This document shows positions 57,656 to 64,000 of a stretch of DNA of 64,000 nucleotides, piece after piece. The notes beneath the pieces were generated by a model that was not told the origin of the DNA, did no database searches, and worked only from the letters and a program-made list of their open reading frames with translations. The position numbers and the translations under genes were made by a program. This DNA is from a virus (lineage: Duplodnaviria > Caudoviricetes). Location of the stretch: IMG/VR virus record IMGVR_UViG_3300046819_000361. One strand, 5' to 3'. Numbering within the stretch: position 1 is the first letter of the stretch; each line of letters begins with the position of its first letter.

Positions 57656-57685
57656 CATTATACCTGATGTCAGGTATAATGTCAA
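57656..57685 (-). promoter_or_regulatory. consensus sigma70 promoter inside a perfect inverted repeat
   Basis: TTGACA-17-TATAAT; CATTATACCTGA-tg-TCAGGTATAATG. Confidence 0.75.
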
Positions 57686-57689
57686 CTAT

Positions 57690-59924
57690 TTATTTCTCAA
57701 AAAATGACTTGATAAAATTTATTTGTATCTGGCGTTCTTTAACAGCTTGTAATAACAAGGGTATTATTTTTTCGTATTGCACAGTTAGATAGTTTTCACC
57801 AGATTTGCTATTTTCATACTGATCCATATCAAAGGGGGCTATTGAAATAACTTCGGGCAATACTGATTGTACCTCTTGTGCAATAACTCCAACTTGAGAG
57901 TTGTAATCTTTATAACCGAAATTTTCCGCAAATTTATTTTGCGTGAATTTAATACCACGAATGGAATTTACCATTTCTAATGCATTTTCTATTTCAACAA
58001 TATTATCTTTCAATCGTCTATCAGAATATCCATAATAACCCGTAATATCATCAGTTGCCACTATGGTTCCTCCAGTTGCTAATGGTGCTCTACCAACTCC
58101 CAACGCAAATAATTGTGGAGTATCGGTCGTCGTCAACGGTCCAGACGCACCAGTAGATCCGGTAGATCCGGTAGATCCGGTAGGACCAGATGCCCCAGTA
58201 GAACCAGTAGAACCAGTAGATCCGGTAGGACCAGATGCCCCAGTAGAACCAGTAGATCCGGTAATTCCGGTAGGACCAATTAGACCAGATGGCCCTGCCC
58301 CAGCATATTTCATACCAGGGTCACCATCTGATCCCTGTTGTCCTTGTGATGCTATTGTAGATGATTGGACTCCTATTAATCCTATCAATCCGTAGCCACC
58401 AGTTGAGCCTTGTGTTCCTGAGTTCCCAGTAAATCCAGTAATTCCTAGTGGACCAGTTGCGCCAGTTGCGCCAGATGCTCCTTGAATTCCAACTTGAATT
58501 ACTCCTGATGCACCTTGAAGACCGGTTAATCCATCTACCCCAGCATCTCCTTGAACACCAATTGATTCCGGACCGGTTGCACCTGGTAAACCTGCAGGTG
58601 ATGATGCCCCACGAACACCAGTAGCACCAGGTGGGCCAGATAATCCATCTCCACCAGGTCCAGATAACCCGGTTATACCTTGTTCTCCGATATAACCAGA
58701 ACTCCCTGTCATTCCAATACCAGATGATCCAAATGATCCATTCGGGCCTTGCGGTCCGGTAGCACCATTAAATACTGAATTAGTTACCCCTTGTATACCT
58801 TGCGGCCCAGATGCACCAGATGCACCGGTTGATCCTCTGTATCCTAAACTACCAGCAGACAAATATGGTGAACCAGAAGCACCGTCTTGACCAATAATTC
58901 CATCTTCGCCAATGTAACCAGTAGGACCAGACGCACCTAATCCTCCAGCCCCAGATGCACCAATTCCTAAATCCCCCGGTAATCCAGTTTCACCTATTAG
59001 ACCTATAACACCAGTTGCTCCTATTCCTGGGTGACCGATTTCTCCAGGTATACCAATTACCCCATTTGCACCAGTTGCCCCATTAACTAATGGTCCTGTC
59101 CCCCCAGGTGTACCAATCACCCCAGTTGCGCCTGTTGCCCCAGCTACATTTGTTACACCAATCGCATCGCTTGCAGATCCTTTTATACCTTGCGTTCCAG
59201 AAAATCCTTGTATTCCATTTTCACCAGTTGCCCCAATATTATAACCACCAGAAGCACCCATCATGCCATGTATCCCAGTGGCGCCTGGTAACCTAGTTAC
59301 ACCAGTTGCCCCAATATGACCATCTCCAGAAATACCAGGTAATCCGGTTGCACCTTTAAATCCGGTGGATCCAAATTCACCTGTAATTTGTATTCCAGTA
59401 GCACCAAGTGCACCCTTAACACCAGTCGCGCCAGTCGCTCCTTGGACATTAATGACTCCAGCTGAACCTTTTGGACCGGTTGATCCGATTGGACCGGTTG
59501 CACCAGATGCTCCTCGCGACCCAGATGCTCCACGGGTAGGTCTACCATAAAATCCTGCTAATCCAGTTGGTCCAACTACACCGGTTATTCCATTTAAACC
59601 GGTAGTCCCAATAGCTGATTGTCCAATAATCCCAATGTATCCTGTTGAACCAGCTGTTCCTATTTTACCAAGGTAGCCAGTTGAGCCAGTTGCACCGGTT
59701 GCACCTGTTGATCCGGTGGATCCATGAGGTCCACTGGAAGATATTCCAAGTAACCCTATATAACCAGTTGATCCAGACGCTCCTTGTGGTCCAGACGATC
59801 CACGAGGCCCTGTAGATCCAATAAATGGAGAATGATTACCAACCCAATTTCCATTTTCATCAATAACCTTGGTGTTACCAACCGTTAATCCATATTCAAT
59901 ACCAAAATTTTTATTTTCTGTCAT
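57690..59924 (-). CDS. collagen-like fibre protein with C-terminal S74 intramolecular chaperone
   Basis: Interrupted Gly-X-Y repeats; [30 protein letters not shown]. Confidence 0.88.
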   Translation of the reverse strand: MTENKNFGIEYGLTVGNTKVIDENGNWVGNHSPFIGSTGPRGSSGPQGASGSTGYIGLLGISSSGPHGSTGSTGATGATGSTGYLGKIGTAGSTGYIGIIGQSAIGTTGLNGITGVVGPTGLAGFYGRPTRGASGSRGASGATGPIGSTGPKGSAGVINVQGATGATGVKGALGATGIQITGEFGSTGFKGATGLPGISGDGHIGATGVTRLPGATGIHGMMGASGGYNIGATGENGIQGFSGTQGIKGSASDAIGVTNVAGATGATGVIGTPGGTGPLVNGATGANGVIGIPGEIGHPGIGATGVIGLIGETGLPGDLGIGASGAGGLGASGPTGYIGEDGIIGQDGASGSPYLSAGSLGYRGSTGASGASGPQGIQGVTNSVFNGATGPQGPNGSFGSSGIGMTGSSGYIGEQGITGLSGPGGDGLSGPPGATGVRGASSPAGLPGATGPESIGVQGDAGVDGLTGLQGASGVIQVGIQGASGATGATGPLGITGFTGNSGTQGSTGGYGLIGLIGVQSSTIASQGQQGSDGDPGMKYAGAGPSGLIGPTGITGSTGSTGASGPTGSTGSTGSTGASGPTGSTGSTGSTGASGPLTTTDTPQLFALGVGRAPLATGGTIVATDDITGYYGYSDRRLKDNIVEIENALEMVNSIRGIKFTQNKFAENFGYKDYNSQVGVIAQEVQSVLPEVISIAPFDMDQYENSKSGENYLTVQYEKIIPLLLQAVKERQIQINFIKSFFEK

Positions 59925-62184
59925 GTTTGTTCACAAAATCAAGTAGTATATTTATTTCAGTATTTTGTTCTTTAATAGCTTGAATTAGTAATGGTACTAA
60001 TTTTTCATACTGAACAGTTAAATAATTATCCCCGGTTATACTATTTCCATAATAATCCATGTCAAATGGGGCTAATGATACAGCTTCCGGTAATACTTTT
60101 TGTATTTCTTGTGCTATAACTCCTACTTGTGGTTTATAATTATTATATCCGAATCGTTCTGCATATGAATTTTGTGTAAATCTTACACCCCTGATTTCGT
60201 TTAATAATTCAGTTGCATTTTCAATTTCTTTGACATTTTCTTTTAATCGTTTGTCCGAATAGTATGCATATATGTTATTTGTTGCAACAATAGTCCCGAC
60301 CGTAGCTAATGCACCTGTCCCAACCCCTAATGAATTTACCTGAGCACTAGTCGCACCTGGAAATAACCCAGGTGCACCCGGTGATCCGCCTGCACCCGGT
60401 GATCCGCCAGGACCTAGTGGACCGGTTGCACCAGATGATCCATTTGCTCCGGGTGATCCAGGATTCCCAATACCACCAGGAGATCCGCCAGGACCTAGTG
60501 GGCCGGTTGCACCGGTTGATCCGGTTGATCCGATTGGACCTGTTGCACCTGGATTTCCTTTTGGGCCGGTTGCACCAGTAGATCCAATAGGGCCGGTTGC
60601 ACCCGGATCTCCTTTTGGGCCAGAAGCACCAGTAGAACCCTGGGGGCCGGTTGCACCACTAGCGCCAGATGATCCAGGCAGACCTTGTAGCCCTTGGCTT
60701 CCCTGTGGACCAGTAGTTCCTGGGGCACCAGTTGGACCCAATGGACCAGATGCCCCGGTTGAACCACGTGGACCGGTAGCTCCGGTAGCTCCTGTTGGAC
60801 CGACTGGTCCACGTGGGCCGGTTGCACCAATCCCGGTAGGACCTGTTGCACCAGTAGATCCTGTTGATCCAGATGATCCCAATGGCCCGGTTGCACCAGA
60901 TGCACCTGTGGAACCTCTTGGACCTGTTGCACCAGATGCCCCGGTTGATCCCAATGGCCCGGTTGCACCAGATGCACCTTGAGGCCCGGTTGCACCTGTT
61001 GAGCCAGTCGATCCGGTTGGACCTGTTGCACCAGATGCACCTGGTTGACCAGTTAACCCTTGTAATCCCTGTGGACCTGTTGCACCTGTTGCACCAGGAT
61101 CACCCAATGGTCCAGATGCACCTTGAGCACCACTGGCACCCGTTGATCCTTGTGGCCCGGTTGCACCTGTCGGTCCTTGTGGTCCAGTTGAACCAGATGC
61201 ACCTTGAGCACCACTGGCACCTTGCGGCCCGGTTGATCCAGATGCACCGGTTGATCCAATAGGACCGGTTGATCCAGATGCACCTTGAGGTCCAGTAGAC
61301 CCAGATGCTCCCGTTGATCCGGTTGGACCATTTGGTCCGGTTGATCCAATAGGACCGGTTGATCCAGATGCACCTTGTGGGCCGGTGGCTCCTGTTGCAC
61401 CAGGATCCCCAATCGGTCCGGTTGAACCAGATGCACCTTGAATACCAGAAGCACCTTGAGGTCCGGTTGATCCTAACGGGCCGGTTGATCCAGAAGCACC
61501 CTGTGGCCCGGTGGCACCGGTGGCACCCTGTGGGCCGGTGGCACCGGTTGAACCAGTATTGCCCAGTGGCCCGGTGGCACCGGAAGCACCTTGTGGGCCG
61601 GTGGCACCGGAAGCTCCAGTTGACCCTTGAGGACCAGTTGATCCAGAAGCACCTTGAGGACCAGTTGACCCAGACGCACCTTGAGGACCAGTTGAACCAG
61701 TAGCCCCAGAAGCACCTTGAGGGCCAGTTGATCCTCGCAATCCAACTATACCTTGTAATCCTTGAGCACCGGTTGCACCGGTTGCTGCATCAGCACCTCT
61801 AACACCGGTAGCACCAATAGGTCCAGTCGAACCAGATGCACCAGTTGATCCCATGGGTCCAGTCGAACCAGATGCTCCGATTGGACCCGTTGATCCAATC
61901 GGCCCAGTTGACCCAGATGCACCTTTTGTTCCCGAAGCACCGGGTTTTCCCAGGATACCTTGTGATCCGGTTGCGCCAATAGGTCCAGTAGCACCAGATG
62001 CACCAGTTGATCCTTTAACACCCGATGCACCGTTAATGCCAGTATATCCACGTGGACCAGTTGATCCAGGGGCACCAACAAGTCCTTCTGGAGGGCCTAT
62101 CCATTCACCAAGGGAATTTATTACCGATGTTTCACCAACTGTTAACCCATTTTTTATATTGAATGTTTTGTTATTTGTAGTCAA
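59911..62184 (-). CDS. collagen-like fibre protein with C-terminal S74 intramolecular chaperone
   Basis: Long, nearly uninterrupted G-A/S-T/S and GPQ repeats; [10 protein letters not shown] chaperone cleavage motif. Confidence 0.9.
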   Translation of the reverse strand: MTTNNKTFNIKNGLTVGETSVINSLGEWIGPPEGLVGAPGSTGPRGYTGINGASGVKGSTGASGATGPIGATGSQGILGKPGASGTKGASGSTGPIGSTGPIGASGSTGPMGSTGASGSTGPIGATGVRGADAATGATGAQGLQGIVGLRGSTGPQGASGATGSTGPQGASGSTGPQGASGSTGPQGSTGASGATGPQGASGATGPLGNTGSTGATGPQGATGATGPQGASGSTGPLGSTGPQGASGIQGASGSTGPIGDPGATGATGPQGASGSTGPIGSTGPNGPTGSTGASGSTGPQGASGSTGPIGSTGASGSTGPQGASGAQGASGSTGPQGPTGATGPQGSTGASGAQGASGPLGDPGATGATGPQGLQGLTGQPGASGATGPTGSTGSTGATGPQGASGATGPLGSTGASGATGPRGSTGASGATGPLGSSGSTGSTGATGPTGIGATGPRGPVGPTGATGATGPRGSTGASGPLGPTGAPGTTGPQGSQGLQGLPGSSGASGATGPQGSTGASGPKGDPGATGPIGSTGATGPKGNPGATGPIGSTGSTGATGPLGPGGSPGGIGNPGSPGANGSSGATGPLGPGGSPGAGGSPGAPGLFPGATSAQVNSLGVGTGALATVGTIVATNNIYAYYSDKRLKENVKEIENATELLNEIRGVRFTQNSYAERFGYNNYKPQVGVIAQEIQKVLPEAVSLAPFDMDYYGNSITGDNYLTVQYEKLVPLLIQAIKEQNTEINILLDFVNKHDRK

Positions 62185-62201
62185 GGTTCATTGTCCCCTT
62201 T

Positions 62202-64000
62202 TTATACAGTTATATATTGTCGCTGTACATTTATTTGTGTCGCATCATTATCTGGTGTGAAAATTAAATTAAGTATTCCAGATACCAAACTAGAAGAAAA
62301 AATTCCTAATTTAGATATTGTAAAAATTTCACCATATTGCGAAATATTAACATTTGCTCCATCATGAATTAATATTATTTCAGTAGAATGATACTTATTA
62401 TTGCTTGTAACTTGAACAAGATATTTAGCAGTTCTATATACTGTTGTATCAAACGTGTCTATAACAGTAGGAATAGCAGTTGTTGTCGTATACGATAGAA
62501 TAGGCAACCCTGACGATGCAACAGAATCTACATATGATTTTGTTGCTAAATCATTTCCATTTATTGGTGGTAGACCATTGATTATTCTACTAGATGATAA
62601 ATCTAATTTACCAGTCCCATTTGGTGTTAATACAATATCTTGATTGGGATTGGCACTTCTAATACTATTACCTGAAAATATCAAATCATTAATAGTTAAT
62701 TCACCTACGATATTCTGTGGACTATCGCCATTCGTTGATATGTAATTGTTTTCTAAATATGTTACAATTGCTTCTTGTGTAGGTACGGTAAATTGATCTA
62801 TAAATCCATTACTTGCCTTTAATTCTGGATCATTACTAATTTCTTTTAATTGAACCCCAGAAGGTGCACCATTTCTAATTAACGGTCCTACTGCTCCTAA
62901 ATTTGTAAAGTCAATAGTTGATGCATCTAATGTTGTAGTTTTTGTTAATATATCAACTGAAAATACAGTACCAACTTTATAAATCCCTCGCTCATTTATC
63001 GAAGAACAAAATACTTTTCCATAATTAGTTTCATATATTTCACGTGTACTTCTTGGTACTCCTGAATTTGTTGGCAATGCGTTATAGGTAACACCAGACC
63101 CAACATAGCCAAAATTATGTGAATTTGATTTAATTATACTTGAATAATACATATTAACCGAATCACCAGCGAATACACTAAATTTAGTAGGTGTTACTTT
63201 AATACTAGCAGTTGTTCCTGTTAATTGCACAACTGATGAAATAAAATACTTTGGTGATGTCGATGCAAATCCGATTAATGTATTTTGTAATGGAACTTTA
63301 TTAATTCCATACACAATAAATTCTTGAATACCAGATAGAGATGCTTGTGCAATTGCTTCTGTAGTATGTGGACCAACAAAAGTGATAGAAGGTAATTCAG
63401 AATACCCATATCCACCATCTTCAACTATAATTTCTACAATTTTTCCACCTACTACGGTAGGTGTCACAATTGCGGCTAATCCAGCATACTCCAATCTAGC
63501 CGATCCATTTAACTCTGACCCAACATAATGAGTTGGGAAATTAGCTGGATCACTATCACTAGTTCCAGAAAGGATAACAACATATAAGTATGGACCATAA
63601 CATACTTGATCATACAAATTATAGTATGTTGAAGGAGTCCATTGTCTTCCAATTAAAATTTCTAAATTATCTGGATCATATCCATCACCTTGATTTGATA
63701 AGGTAATTGACAATAAATTACTGTATATAGATGCAGATACTATTCCATTTGATATATAAGCATCATAATTATAATTGTCGCTAAACAATCCATATGCCCC
63801 ATATTCAGTTGAACATGCATTGGTATTAATGGTTGCACCTGATTCAGCGTTATAACTTATTGAACAAAATTTAGTCATACATGAATCAGCATAAATGGTC
63901 GCACCATTTTCCGCCAAAATTCCAAAACCACCTTGATTTATTGCAATGAATTTATCCACGTAAGCGTGTTTTATAGTCGATGAAATAGAAAAAAGAACCC
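62202..64000 (-). CDS. large virion structural (tail/baseplate) protein, 5' end outside the window
   Basis: Frame open to the window edge; GGYGY...P.I.F repeats; DLATKSYVD; YRTAKY.VQ C-terminal domain. Confidence 0.7.
   Translation of the reverse strand, partial: VLFSISSTIKHAYVDKFIAINQGGFGILAENGATIYADSCMTKFCSISYNAESGATINTNACSTEYGAYGLFSDNYNYDAYISNGIVSASIYSNLLSITLSNQGDGYDPDNLEILIGRQWTPSTYYNLYDQVCYGPYLYVVILSGTSDSDPANFPTHYVGSELNGSARLEYAGLAAIVTPTVVGGKIVEIIVEDGGYGYSELPSITFVGPHTTEAIAQASLSGIQEFIVYGINKVPLQNTLIGFASTSPKYFISSVVQLTGTTASIKVTPTKFSVFAGDSVNMYYSSIIKSNSHNFGYVGSGVTYNALPTNSGVPRSTREIYETNYGKVFCSSINERGIYKVGTVFSVDILTKTTTLDASTIDFTNLGAVGPLIRNGAPSGVQLKEISNDPELKASNGFIDQFTVPTQEAIVTYLENNYISTNGDSPQNIVGELTINDLIFSGNSIRSANPNQDIVLTPNGTGKLDLSSSRIINGLPPINGNDLATKSYVDSVASSGLPILSYTTTTAIPTVIDTFDTTVYRTAKYLVQVTSNNKYHSTEIILIHDGANVNISQYGEIFTISKLGIFSSSLVSGILNLIFTPDNDATQINVQRQYITV

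Noticed and set aside
58063-62260. Multiple overlapping ORFs in both orientations within the collagen genes
   Set aside because: Shadow frames of GC-rich Gly-X-Y codon repeats.
1-64000. Stop-codon reassignment as in some large phages
   Set aside because: Conserved genes are full length in the standard code, and TAG, TGA and TAA all end genes at module boundaries.

Overview
AT-rich segment of a large T4-like (probably jumbo) myophage. The host is probably a Gammaproteobacterium, inferred from csrA, sigma70 promoters and IHF/boxA-type motifs. About 0-18.3 kb is a + strand array of roughly 50 small early genes. Most are built as modules of stop codon, TTGACA, a hairpin spanning the -10 box, a GGAGCA RBS and ATG. 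The array is interrupted by two antisense HNH endonucleases, a tRNA(CAU)-like element and a P-loop ATPase. The ATPase 3' region carries four hairpins, each displaying UGCUCC, the exact complement of the early-gene GGAGCA RBS. Replication and structural genes mostly use GGAGA instead. This is a candidate phage-encoded multi-loop anti-RBS RNA for early-gene shut-off and is the top finding. About 18.3-20.5 kb is a repeat-rich island with (GCTGGT)18, an rrn-like promoter with boxA, G-clusters and T-rich repeats; it may be an origin or terminus. About 20.5-23.2 kb holds late genes with an MKIxE N-terminal tag, including an ART-like toxin domain and a T7 gp0.7-like kinase. About 23.4-36.4 kb is replication/recombination: helicase, primase, mini DnaE-like protein, intein-containing UvsW, UvsY, UvsX and gp32. 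About 36.5-64 kb is morphogenesis: intein-containing terminase, tail tube and sheath, neck, and collagen fibres next to a 2OG oxygenase and a glycosyltransferase. All assignments come from reading the sequence; no searches were run.
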